Shown: one piece after another, positions 38,541 through 50,699 of the stretch
Position numbering within the stretch: the first letter of the stretch is position 1
Layout of the letters: each line of letters begins with the position of its first letter
From: Dicyema japonicum
Lineage: Eukaryota; Animalia; Dicyemida
Length of the DNA stretch: 64,000 nucleotides
Direction: 5' to 3'
NCBI GenBank assembly: GCA_011109175.1
Contig: RDEW01000005.1
Span: 1,046,643 to 1,110,642 of the forward strand
The notes under the pieces: generated by a model
The model's input: the letters and a program-made list of their open reading frames with translations, nothing else
What the model was told of the DNA's origin: nothing
Database searches by the model: none
Made by a program: the position numbers and the translations under genes

Positions 38541-40465
38541 TTAAATAAATTCAATAGTATCAATTCCTAGAATGTGAAATAGTTTTCCCAAAACAAGCAT
38601 AGAAGCCTTTACCATAGTCAATCGTTTATGGTTGACAATCTTTCCAGAATCTGAATTATCCACACAATGACACTTTTCGTAAAAATCAGAAAACGTAGAA
38701 CACAAGGAATATGCATATTCACAAAGCACATGCAAAGCAAGTTCATCCAAGGAACGATTAACCACCGTCGGAAACTGCATGACAGCAAAGCAGAGTTTAC
38801 GTTCAGAGGGATGATCAAACTCACTAAAACTGCATTCTTGTATTGGTTGATCTGACTGTCTCAGAATGGAGGACATACGAACATAGCAATACAACAGATA
38901 CACAGCAGTATTCCCACGATCATCCAACATCTAATAAATCAAATAAAAACTCTACCCTATCAAACGAGAACACATAATCGTGGCATCGATTATGCATTAA
39001 ATCAGAATATTTAATGCAACCATAGGCAACCGCTTTCCTTGCTGATTCGAACTGATCAGTCGTCAATACCTACAATTCAACAAATACAAACCTTGTCCCG
39101 ACCCTTTTCTATCAATTTCTCACCTGAACGTTTTAATCCCTCATCCAATAGCTCAACAAGTCTTATCGACTTTCCAGATCGTGTCTTGAGTCGTTTTCTA
39201 TCATCCCCCAAAACAACACCGAATTTAGTGTGGTCAACAAAGTGATCTTGAGTCAACCATCCAGCCATTCTGGCTACCTCATAGATTGCTTCAAAGTGTT
39301 CGGACTGTCCAGCATCCACAACGTAATAAATGGAAGTAACTTTGTCTGTATTGAGTCGATAACGAATAGCTGCCAAATCACTTGTGTCATACGTGAATCC
39401 CCCATCAGATTTCACCAAAGTCAGAGGATACGAAACACCACAACTGACAAATATTAATTTTCTTCCATCTTCAACCTTAACAAGACCCTTCTCTTCCAGT
39501 TCCTCCACTACGCTTGGCATAAAATCATTATAAAATGACTCTCCGCGGTTTATCAAGTCAGGTATGTTCAATCTTTCATAAATTTTTGTAAACTCAATGA
39601 ACGAGGAGTGGCATATCGTCTTCCAGGCCAGAATATGATCGGGGTCATAGCTTTGTAGTTGTACAACAGCTTTATATGCCCTTTTCTTGAATTCTTCGTC
39701 CTTTTCAAACATTACCTTGGCTTCCTTATAAAAGGTTTGTAAATTCTGGATAGAGGGAGGATCAGTGGTAAAGTTAGGGTACATATCCTTCAAATGGGCA
39801 ATCAGCATCCCAAATTGAGTACCCCAATCTCCAATATGCGATATTTTAATGATTTTTCTGTTCCATGAGAATTCAAACAAACGGGAAAAACTTTCCCCCA
39901 AAATAGTTGATCTGAGGTGACCAACGTGCATTTCCTTTGCAATATTTGGGGATGACATGTCGATCAATATTGGGCCTGTTGAGGTTGGAGTACGTGGCAC
40001 CGGTGGACGTACCCCAGAACAGACAATACGACCGACTTGTTGGCACATAAATTGGTCATTTACAAAAATGTTAATAAATCCACTCCCAGAAACTAAGATT
40101 TGACTGACAATGTCGTTTGAGGGAAATTTGTTGGTAATTTCCTTAGCCACCTCTATTGGAGAGGCCAGCATTCCTTGACTTTTCAATTTTTTGACTATTT
40201 TAAAGGCAACGTTGGTCTGATAGTCAGCATGAGTAGTCAAATCTACAGTAAAGTCGGGATTCAGTTGAGGAAACAAACAGTCAGCAACATAAGTGAGAAT
40301 TCTGTGGATTGATAAACTAATATCCACCATATGACTGTCATAGTATTCTTTCTCTTTCTCATATGACTATTAACTTATTTTTATTATTACCTTTGTTAGA
40401 TGAATCAGTCTTATCTGATCTTTACTTAATTCATTAATATCCAACCCATTACTAGATTCGATCAT
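38541..40465 (-). CDS. RARS1: Cytosolic arginyl-tRNA synthetase, four exons, intact
   Basis: DMSSPNIAKEMHVGHLRSTILG, HIGDWGTQFG, KSDGGFTYDTSDLAA, KTRSG and DRGNTAVYLLY. An upstream exon (ATG 40465) is joined by the 24-nt intron 40367-40390. Confidence 0.95.
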
Positions 40466-40549
40466 TTCCTCACTTAAATAAACGTGTAATAATTATTTAT
40501 TTTATTTATTATTTAACTAATATTATTTGTTAACAAAATTAATACAATC

Positions 40550-40720
40550 TCATTATTCCGGTTTCCCGAACTCCACTCGTGAATTTCCACAACTCCAAGG
40601 ACTGGACGTTTTCTTCCTTTTCCTTTGGTTCTGGATGGACCTTTATGACATTGGAAGGACTAATTGCTTTTTCGAACATAATTGTTAACTATTAACTTCT
40701 CGGTGTCCAGGATTAATGAA
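40550..40720 (+). mobile_element. SINE family 2, 3' part
   Basis: tttccacaact..ggacgt and the ctcggtgtccaggattaa tail are shared with 17230-17390. Confidence 0.6.
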
Positions 40721-41689
40721 TTAGTAAAATCTTATTATCCTATAACGGCTAATTTATTCATTTAGTTTTTTACTTGGGATCTAGGAAAGATCGCCGAGCC
40801 AAGATTAGGAAGTCGCTGAGCGATATCGGCAACTAAAGTATATTCCAATAGTTAGGTGATTTCAGTTCCATCAATTAGCGGCACCTTATAACCTTTGCGG
40901 TCCTCTATTGACTCACTGCTTACCGAAAAACCCTTCTCACAAGAAACAGATTGGGAAAGAAAACTTCTAGGCCGATCGAATTTCCTTTTCCTGGTAAAAA
41001 TATAGACGAAACGGGTTTACGCCTTTTTTCACAAAGGCGAAGGAATCCGACTCCATATCTACGGGTCTTAGTAAATTTAGAAAATTGGATCATATGATAT
41101 CCTCATTTTATGATATCTCCACTTGTTTTCCAAGTCTGATTCTCGATACTTATTGGACTTTCATATAATCTCCCGTCAGATCCTAATCCGATTATAATAA
41201 ACATCTACCAACAGCCCATGAAGCAGAGAAACGGAGACCTACAATAAATATTAACATGTAAAGTAAAATTCTTATAGGAACTAGATCGATAATTTTCAGT
41301 GACTTCTCTGAAAGATTCAATAAAAGCAGACGCCATCACCAGTCTACATATAACGAGTATCTCTAATAACAAATCTGTGATGTTTTCCGTGTACAATCGA
41401 ACTTACTTATGTGACATTATGCTGAGTTCGGATATCTTTATATCCAAAAAGCCCGCGTTGTAAAAAATTAAATGTTCAGAAGTCATAAGACTTTTTAAGT
41501 GTTCCACAGTCCCTAATTACGCGATTTGTTGCTAACTCTCAAAACTCGAATGTATGTGTTCCAGAATGTCTCGCCAAACTTCACTCAAAAAATCTCCGTC
41601 CGAATAGATTTTTTGCTTTAACCTATCTAATCTATCGGTACCTATCTAGGGAAAAATAAAAATTAGGAAATTTCTGTCTGTTTCACTTT

Positions 41690-41905
41690 CTTACTACAGT
41701 GGCGCCATGTGATCCTTTGTCTGAGATGGCGGCCAGTGCCAGGATGACACGCAAAAGAAACATTTGCTTTCTACTGGAGGGGTTCTTACGTTCTGCATGG
41801 ACTTGTTTGATATTGAAAAACTCTGTTTCTGTAACAGTGGTAACTGGATACAGTTAATTAGTTATTTACTGTTAACTTCTTTCTCGGAGTATCCGGGATT
41901 AATAA
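41690..41905 (+). mobile_element. SINE family 2
   Basis: agtggcg.catgtgatcc...cagtgccagg and tail are shared with 17150-17398. Confidence 0.75.
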
Positions 41906-42235
41906 TCTTAATCACACTACAATTACACTTTTTCTATATACATAGATAAACGATATATTCTATTGGGACTGTCAGTGATTTATTTTTTTATTTATTTAAC
42001 CCAAGACCACGGTAAAACCAAACTAATTATCACGTGATCCCGATGCATTCTAACAGTGACCTCAGCTTTGTCCGGTGTTTATCCTCCATGCTCGCGCATA
42101 AACGTACAGGACGGCTGCCTAAATTGGATTCTTTAGTGTTGGATCTCCACTAAATATAAAGTTCTCTATTTACCAAAGTTTTTAAACAATTATAATACCC
42201 AAGCAAAAAAATAATTCACCGGGCAGACCTTCTTC

Positions 42236-42490
42236 TCAAGCAGAGGAAGTAAAAAACTCTAAATATTCGGATATCAGCGACAGGTACATTTTCGCACCTG
42301 TCGCGATTGAAACTTCGGGGAACTTTGGCCCTAAAACGCTGAAGTTCCTGAACCATTTGGGAAAACTACTAACTGACAAAACTGGTGATCTTCGTGAGAC
42401 GAGATGACTCAAGGAGAGGCTCTCGTTGGCTGTTGTCCGTGGGAATAGCTTGTGCATCTCCCAACAGCTGAATTAAAATTAAAATTAACT
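42236..42490 (+). mobile_element. CRE-type LINE 3' end
   Basis: FAPVAIETSGNFGPKTLKFL...RLSLAVVRGNS; (TAAAAT) tail. Confidence 0.8.
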
Positions 42491-42944
42491 ATTCTTTTTC
42501 CAATAAAATTTAAATTATAATATTGAACAACATGTAGAGATAATTATATTGTTGTTATCTTTAGCACGACAGGTTGCGTTGTGGTTAGTTCTGTCGCTCT
42601 CGACGCATTTAGCTGTAGAATCGATGGGTAAAAGGATTTATTTTTACTTTTTGTTTTTTTTAATTTCTAAGAGGCTTTATTAGCAAAAATAGAAAAAATA
42701 GTAAAAACAGATAAATACCAATAATAACAAAAAATGCGATCGTCTTTTCCATGAATATTGTATTGGACAGAGAGAATATAGCCAATGACGGGGAAGAAGC
42801 GTAATAATTTGATTATTTGCAAGAGGAGACATCTTACTAAAAGAATCCAAATACCTTGAACCAAGTTCAAGGTTCTTTTAATAAAAATTACTAAGTAAAT
42901 ATAAAATTACTATATTTATTATGGTGGATGCATTTTTATTAATT

Positions 42945-43560
42945 AAAAATCAATCAAAAATGATCCCAGCCGATATAATTGATGTTGCGTTGCCTTTCAC
43001 AATCGCAAGAAGTCAATTGGAGAAGCCATCGAGTCTCACGTGCGTCGTGGCTTTTTAGTGTAGCTAGGCGTTCCAGTTTCTTTAGGAAACTAAACGATTT
43101 CTCGCTTATTCTCCATGTTGTCTCAATTAAGATGGGACAGAACTGAACCGATCGTGCTTCGTATTTTTCTCTTTTGCTGTCATTGCTTTTTCTTTGGCAT
43201 AGTGTGTCTACCGCGTTCGAGACAGCTTTGGATGGATAAAGGGAGTCTATGCACGTAGCATCCTACACCAATAGCTTTCTCTCCTAAAATGAAAAGATTG
43301 TAATTTCGTCCGACCGTGTTCCTTCTCTTCTGTCCAGGCCAACAGATTCAAGTATGGAGGGGAATTCTGCAGATTTCAGTGCTCACTTAACAATTCCGTT
43401 GATCGCCTTATGTCTTGGGAATTGTCCTGCACTTCTTCGACAAGAAAGGGCATGATGTCCATAACTCAGAGTTTTTAGTGTGACCAGTTTGTATACTCAA
43501 ATTACCTTATGCAGCCTCCGGAGCTTTTTAAGTTTGGCATGCATGTTCTTCCATATTCAC
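42945..43560 (-). mobile_element. CRE-type LINE zinc knuckle plus RLE fragment
   Basis: GHHALSCRRSAGQFPRHKAINGIVK, PSILE and FCPILIET. Confidence 0.8.
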
Positions 43561-45022
43561 AAACTTTCAGGAATAGGCTGATCCATATAACTGATCATCC
43601 ACAGGTGCAATAAAAGGACCACGCCTTAAAAAATAAATAGCTATAGAAAAATTTGGCGATTTCATAGAAAGGCTGAGACTCTAGTGTCTACATGGAACTT
43701 CAGATCTAATGAGACTGTTGACTATTATTGGAAGCAGTTTTCCTATTTTTTTAATTAAACATCTTATAATTTGTGGGGACTAGACGTCTACCATCGAGCC
43801 TAGTTAGCTTCCAACAAGACAGAACAACGTAGATTAACGTAGACTCCAGGATATTGATAATCGTAAATAACTAGACCTACACCCTCGCTGTGCCTCACGT
43901 CATGGATATTCTTACGCCCCCATCTGCTCTCCATGGCTGACCCTGGATGGATACTGAGAAGTTATTTATGATATTTCAACACAAGACAAATTAATTTTGA
44001 TACAAACGACCACTAAAATTGAAAGCAACTAAGACATTTATTAGTTATAAATGTGAAAATGTATTTTTATAGGAACGAGGCTAAGCTTGTGTTTAGACTT
44101 TTTTCTGTTTTTGTCTTATTTCAAAGTCGCTCTACGTTTCTTTAAAAATTGTCTTATTGTCACTTATAAAAAGTACATTCCATATGAATTCAGCAAAGTC
44201 TTCACTTTTCCATGAGATCGTCGATCTGTTCTTAAAAAGCTTCTGGATCAAATCGATGTGCTTGAGAGAATAAGGAATTGAGTCTCTCTGAGATAAAAAA
44301 GACGATCTCATCCATAGACAAAATACCAAAGAATAGAAAGACTCATCACCTCTTTGAAACCCATGATTACTGGAAAGCCATAAATTCAGTAGAAATAGAC
44401 GACTCCTATAGTCTTCCGTGCTTCTGGCTTTTCAACAACAAATCTATGCAATGTTTCCGAGACCACGCTAATTTACAAACGCGTCGATACGTAAAGATAA
44501 CCCGCCTTCTTACCCTACATTTTGACCAAGAAGATCCTCACTGTGGATAAAGACCTGGATAATCACTTTTCTCAACAGTCTTAAACGTTACACTATCATG
44601 TCTACCTGCTCTCTATATTGTAATGGATCCTACCATCATAATGCATCCTCGTTTTGACAACACTCCAAGAACAATTTGATAACATTTCCATTTACACGTC
44701 AATCTCCTCAACTCTTTCCAGCCATCCTGATCCATCTTTATAACCAACCTTCATCAATTCGATCTAGGACTATTACTGCTCATATTGAGACTCATTTTTT
44801 TAACCAAACAACCAGAATACTTAAATGATTTTTGATATTTTCTTGTTAATTTCAAAGCACATCTCATACGTATTTAACAGATTGAAAAAGCTCAACAGTC
44901 TTTGAGTCATGGTTAGCGCATCTTTTAAAAAGAATAAAATAGCCTAACAACTTTCTACAGACAGCTCATCAGAATTGAATTAATAGAATTAACCTTATAA
45001 AGAGTAAGTTATAGATAACAAA

Positions 45023-45095
45023 GCCTGGTTAGCTCAGTCGGTAGAGCATCGGACTTTTAATCCGAGGGTCACGGGTTCGAGCCCCGTATCAGGCT
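45023..45095 (+). tRNA. tRNA-Lys(UUU)
   Basis: Full cloverleaf: acceptor GCCTGGT/ATCAGGC, anticodon arm TCGGA-CTTTTAA-TCCGA, T arm ACGGG-TTCGAGC-CCCGT; T-run terminator follows. Confidence 0.95.
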
Positions 45096-45244
45096 TTTTG
45101 CTTTTATCTTGTTTAAAAAGTATTTTCATCTATTTATTTTTTAAAAGTGCTCCATAGTTAATTTACATTAAAACAATGTACGAATCCGCAGTATTTATGA
45201 ATAGAATTTTTGTATCTAGATTTGTATCTAGATAAAATAATCAT

Positions 45245-45430
45245 CGGGAGCCGTTGGTCAAATGACGGCTGAGTTCTTGCGAGAACTCGGAGGATTGCTT
45301 GCCAGAAAGAAAAAAAATCAACGAGAAGGGTTATGGCTAAGACAAAAGATTGGAATAGCCATACTCCGAGGACTCGTTCGCAATCCACGCAGCAGGCTTC
45401 TTCAACTGACATTTGTTTAATCGTTATAAA
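45245..45430 (+). mobile_element. CRE-type LINE 3' end
   Basis: EFLRELGGLL...WLRQKIGIAILRG; twin of 29570-29700. Confidence 0.75.
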
Positions 45431-45592
45431 AAATTTTTGTTTAAAAAAAAAGATAAAATAAAATAAGAAAAAAAATTGAATTAAATAAAGACTAGATAAG
45501 ATTAAAAAAGACTTAAAATAGTTAAAATGAAGAGTTTTAAGTTTGATTGACTGCACTTTTTGAGTTTTATCGGTCTATCTTTAAAATGATGA

Positions 45593-46857
45593 TCTATATA
45601 ATAAAAGATTAAGTTGTCTGTGATAATTGCAAAATAAGATGATTCAACCTCTTCAAGAGATCGGTCCCTTAGAAAATTAAAATTCTAAAAAGAGTTAAAA
45701 AAAGAGATTCATTTGAAAATAAGATGATTCGTCCTCTTCACAAGATTGGTCCCTTAGAAAATTACAATTCTAAAAAGAGCTAAAATAGAGATTCACATAA
45801 AAATAAGATGATTCGACCTCTTCACAAGATTGGTCCCTTAAAAAATTAAAATTCTAAAACAAGTTAAAAACGAGATTCACATAAAAATAAGATGATTCGA
45901 CGTCTTCACAAGATTGGTCTCTTAAAAAATTACAATTCTAAAACAAGTTAAAAAAGAGATTCACATAAAAATAAGATGATTCGTCCTCTTCACAAAATCG
46001 GTCCCTTAGAAAATTAAAATTCTAAAACAAGTTAAAAAAGAGATTCATTAAAAATAAGATGATTCGACCTCTTCACAAGATTGGTCTCTTAGAAAATTAA
46101 AATTCTAAAACAAGTTAAAAAAGAGATTCACATAAAAATAAGATGATTCGACCTCTTCAAAGATTGGTCCCTTAGAAAATTAAAATTCTAAAAAAAGTTA
46201 AAAAAGAGATTCATTAGAAAATAGATGATTCGACATCTTCAAGAGATACTCATTATAGATAATCACAAAAATAAACACCTCTCCCCCTTACAGAACTTCA
46301 AATAATTCTTTAGAACCGTCAGGGATGCCACATCATACTTTAAAATTAAAAGTAGGAGCGCCAGTTGTTCTATTACGAATTCTAGAATCTCAAAGGTTAT
46401 GTAATGGTACAAGATTGGTAGTAAAAAATTTGATGTCTAATGTTATAGAAGGAACGATATTAACGGGGCGAAATAAAGGAGAAGACGTTTATATTCCAAG
46501 AATTCCAATAATTTCGGATGAATTACCATTTAGAGTTTAGAGACTACAAATTCAATTGAAGTTAAATTCGCGATGACAATCAATAAATCACAGGGACGAA
46601 CTCTTAAAGTAGTAGGTTTATCTTTAGCAAGTGAATGTTTTGCACATGGACAGTTATATGTAGGTTGTTCTAGGGTAGGTGAACGAGAAAACCTATTCAT
46701 ATACACAAAGGACGGTCGTACAAGTAATGTAGTATATCAACAAGCATTACAATAAGATATTTGATAAGTTTTACTATAACAAGTTTTCTCCGAAGGTGTG
46801 AACGACAGCCGTCCGCAGTACCTAGCTCGCAGTGAGCGAAGCGAGCTGCCGAGCTAG
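45593..46857 (+). mobile_element. Non-autonomous Helitron with both termini
   Basis: A|TCTATATAATAAAAG 5' end; 3' hairpin AGCTCGC..GCGAGCT (46824-46847), then CTAG|T; PIF1 C-terminal remnant (LKVGAPVVLLR, CNGTRL, MTINKSQG, HGQLYVGCSRV) at 46310-46755. Confidence 0.9.
45631..46246. repeat. Minisatellite, about 84-bp unit, 7-8 copies, inside the Helitron
   Basis: GATTCGACCTCTTC-like box at about 45641, 45726, 45810, 45894, 45978, 46061, 46145 and 46227. Confidence 0.95.
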
Positions 46858-47616
46858 TAATTTTTATAAAATCTTGTTTGAATGATTTTTTAATGTAAAA
46901 AATCCATAAAACCAAACATATTAAAAAACCGTAAAATGTTGGACCTTCTAGTAGACAGTTTGTGCTGCTCCACAGTGGATCATCCCCACCCTTCGATCGA
47001 AAATCTAATTTCATATCTTTTTTAAACTAGAGGTCAATCATTAAATTTTCATTTGATCATCAACTGATCTCTAAGAACGTCTATATTTAACGTTACGTTC
47101 CTAAAATCTCCAAATTCTCTTTGCTTGATGAAACTGGGGGTAAATAAATATATTGACTTCATTACACCGGACAAATCTTACCATTTTGTGGTCTGAACAA
47201 ATCCAATAAATAAACACGCCCTGATATCAAAGTAGAATTAATTGCAGATGCAATTATTGCTAGAATTATGGAAAACAAAAATTATTCATTCGCCTAAATA
47301 TTCACACACAAAAATACAAAGTTGAATTCCTATAAGAAATGTTGAATGCCGACCTAATTTCAAGACAACGAATATGCAGGACTTGCGCCTCTTCATTAAG
47401 TCGCTATTTTGGTTTTATTCATAATGGATAATGTGGAGATTATTAGACTTTTTACATAAAATGCTAACATTAATATTAGAAATAATGAATTATTAGCCCC
47501 AATTCACTAACTGGAATGATTTGGGCTAACATGGAAATGTATTTATTCGGAAACAGCTAAGACAGGAAATATAATTTTGTAAGTATTTTTTGATTATTAA
47601 TAAGTTATAATTAATT

Positions 47617-47677
47617 ATTTATTCGTTGTCAGAAAATGTGATTATTTTACCACAAATTTCATCATATCGAAATAAAT
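47617..47677 (-). promoter_or_regulatory. SECIS-like element in the MsrA 3' UTR
   Basis: Helix I ATTTATTTCG/CGAATAAAT; ATGA(T) core at 47665-47662 opposite TGAC; helix II GAAATTTGTG/CACATTTTC; apical loop GTAAAATAAT. Folded by eye. Confidence 0.75.
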
Positions 47678-47683
47678 AATGAA

Positions 47684-48335
47684 TTAAGAAGGTATCCTTT
47701 GATAAATCATATCTAAAGTAGATTTAGGCAAATCAAATTGAGAAGATTCCTAAACTCAATAAATAACAAAACCTCCAAAAATTTAGCTTTCTGTCCGTAA
47801 TCACTAAAATATCCATTAATTCTGCAGGCTAAATGTGATTCTATGATTTGTTTATCATTCATATTCAATTTGGAGAAAATTAGTTTATTACTACGAAGAA
47901 AATATTTTTGATGATAACTATAATAAATACAAAAATAAACTTTTCAGCGATGTAAAAATATTCGGCAGGTTTTACAATTGTTGTGACTGGTCCCACACGC
48001 TGAGTCTTTGACTCTATTGCTTGAGCATATTGAGTGTCATCACACGTAAAAATGGCTGACATGTATTGATTTGTCCTCTTAACTGAAAAATCATGATTTT
48101 CCCAAAACGTATTCAAAAGTTGAGAGTAACTAACGACATTAGGGTCAAATTCAATTTCAATCGTTTCAGTATGATCTCCTCTATGTTTTAATATAATAAT
48201 ATACAAATCTTTGTAAGTCGGATTAGTAGTTGTACCGCCCGTAAATCCTACTCTAGTCCTAACTACACCGGAGACACATCCAAAGAGTGCCTCCGGAAAC
48301 CAAAATCAGGCCATACCAAATAATGCCTTACTCAT
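47684..48335 (-). CDS. MSRA: Methionine-S-sulfoxide reductase A, probable selenoprotein (TGA at codon 10)
   Basis: Exons 48335-48205, 48180-47941, 47917-47773 and 47749-47684 (582 nt, 193 aa). MSKALFGMA-TGA-FWFPEALFG...GFTGG...PTY...DHTE...QYMSAIF...AENYHQKY. Confidence 0.92.
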
Positions 48336-48435
48336 TATAACTTTGTGGTTATTTATTTATTTATATAATTATAATAATTATTATAATTATTTTTTTATAA
48401 AATATATTTATTTTTAAGTATTTCTAAATATTCTT

Positions 48436-48770
48436 CTAAAATGCATCTCTTATGCATGCGGTATATGGGGTCCACTCATCTCTTGGACGAATGTCTTGAA
48501 GATCGAGGCTAGCCGGAGAAGAGCCTCCAAATTCACGGAACGCTGGATTTCTGGAGAATTCCAGCCACCAATGCCTCTTGAAACCTTGATAAGAATGAAC
48601 CACGGATCGCGCCATCGTGACTGCGAAGGTCCAGTCACTCGACCGATAAGTGCTTGTGCAGGGACGAGGGAGGAGCATCGGGCCAAGATGAGGTCTCTGT
48701 TGGGATCACGTGATTAGTTAGTTTGTGTGACCGTGGTCTCTGGTGTTGTTATTATTATTATTATTAAAGT
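48436..48770 (+). mobile_element. LINE 3' end
   Basis: CAGTREEHRAKMRSLL, homologous to 10540-10600; (TTA)n tail. Confidence 0.6.
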
Positions 48771-50699
48771 TCCACCACATTCATGTACCCATTTAATTTG
48801 ATCACATAATTAGTTGTATTTAATGCTTTCTTTGTATTTTTGGGATTAAATATATTCATTAAAAGTAATTCACTAAGCTAATCAATACTATGCTAATCCC
48901 TTTCCGATTTATTTAATTGTTTCCAGGTTTCATCAGAAGTAAAATTTTTATAGATGGAGTACTTAGTTTATCCTTTAGTAATGACGAGTCCCCTGTTACT
49001 AATTAATATAGTGAGACATTTATTTAGGACCTATTAACTAATGAACCCAATAAAAGCCAGTAATAATGGAGCTCCAGGAGCTGTTTACCACGATTAAAGT
49101 CATTCAAATGTTCCTAAATATTGTCTCAATTTGATTGCCTGGCCCATCTAAATCTCTGCATGGGAATCATCGACAAAGTGAATAATGAAGGCAAAGTCTA
49201 CTGGTGTCTAGAATTCTCTGAGATACACAAGAATGTTTTTAAGCACATGTACTTTAATGATAAGTTTAATCCAATTAACTCTGGAAATCTGAGGGCTTAG
49301 TCAAGTCTAAATAAAATAGCTCTGACACTCAATCGATCAGGAAGGAAAGCTGAAAGATTAAATCCGAAATGGAAAAGGAGTTGTAGCTGCAATCAACGCC
49401 AAACTCCAGAACTATATTAACCCTTTCCTGCCTACTAATTTATGGTGTTTTCTCCGACCTATTCCAAAAACGATTGGATCCAGTATATGAAGGAAACCTA
49501 AGCTGAATTTTCAACTAACAAATCACAAAATTTATCAATCAGAAAGGAAATCAAAAGTTTCTCGATGCAATAATAGATACTTTGTACCAAAATGATATGG
49601 AAAAGGGGAAGAAGAAGAGTATGGGAGAATCTTAGTTTACATGAAATAGAGATTATGGAAAAAACCTAAAATGGATGTATTATGGACAAAACATTCAAAC
49701 GAACGGGAGATACAGAGAGAACGAGAATATTGATTTTGAAACTGAAATCGTATGCTTCTCATTGGCAGTTGCGAGAAACAGGGGAGGATGGAAAGCGACT
49801 TACAGCGTGTATCCTGAAATGCATGGCAAAAGTGGAATCTCAAATTAATTAACTTTTTTGGTTCCAGGGACATTGCTATTAATAATAATGCTTCTCATTC
49901 TGGGTGATATCTGGGGAAACAGGAGAGAAGAGAGATCACAATTACAACGAACAAGATAGTTCGAAGGCAGAATATACGAAAGTGGAGTTATAATGATAAT
50001 CACTTGAGGTCCCGAAAATTTGCCATGGGTTAAAAAGTAGGGGATACTAAACCATTGAAGCAACCATCATAATAGAAATAATCAAACTTCAGCGTGAATA
50101 AACGTGAAAAGGTCTATATGAATCGATGGATCTTATTTACCACCAACTTGGAAGGGGATTGGTATATGCATTCATAAAATTGTGTGAATGTTTCCCCAAT
50201 TCTTCTGAGATCTGTAGAAGGCTCGTCATTGTCTAAGTAAAACAGGCACTCAATCTCAAAATGAAGATATTAAAAGAAATAATGGTTCTTGTCTAATTGA
50301 TAAATATATGATAATTATTCGTAAACGAATAAATAAAAAATACTTAATTTAAAAAAAATTATCATTGATTTTGTTGCAGGAAAGTAGCGGTCATCAACTA
50401 GATAAGTACCGAAATAATTAATCTAACAAAGTTACACTCAGTCAACTTTAATTGTTTGAATGATACTAATTTCGATGCAGCCGAGTCTCCCTGTTGGTTA
50501 CTATAGGGGAACAATCTACTCTATTAGAGGTATTGTTATATCTGCCTAATGATTGCAGACTATTTTTACAGATTGCCTTAGACGAAAATCGTTAATTATT
50601 CGGTCTTTAGCGGAGGAGAAATTTTCTAGAGCGTTCTATGGAGGTCATTACGGTTGTACAAATTTGCATATAGTTAGTTGATTTTAGTTAAAGGACTCA

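Noticed and set aside
35999-39457. Antisense or alternative-frame ORFs over SPT and ArgRS (35999-36340, 38618-38855, 39039-39457)
   Set aside because: Shadow frames of real genes with no recognisable motifs.
40730-41690. Possible gene or TE remnant (also 43800-44900, 54250-55150)
   Set aside because: No motif or spliceable frame I could identify; left unannotated.
45095-45100. U73 discriminator running into the terminator in tRNA-Lys
   Set aside because: U73 occurs in other eukaryotic tRNA-Lys (as I recall, yeast tRNA-Lys CUU), so it is not distinctive.
21626-48308. Genome-wide UGA reassignment to Trp/Cys
   Set aside because: Conserved Trp residues in HisRS, SPT, ArgRS and CTR9 use TGG, and EXOC7 and SPT end in TGA. 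Only the MsrA TGA has a SECIS and a catalytic position.
48436-48686. Overlapping minus-strand ORFs upstream of MsrA as extra exons
   Set aside because: They are antisense to a LINE 3' end; MsrA has its own ATG at 48335.
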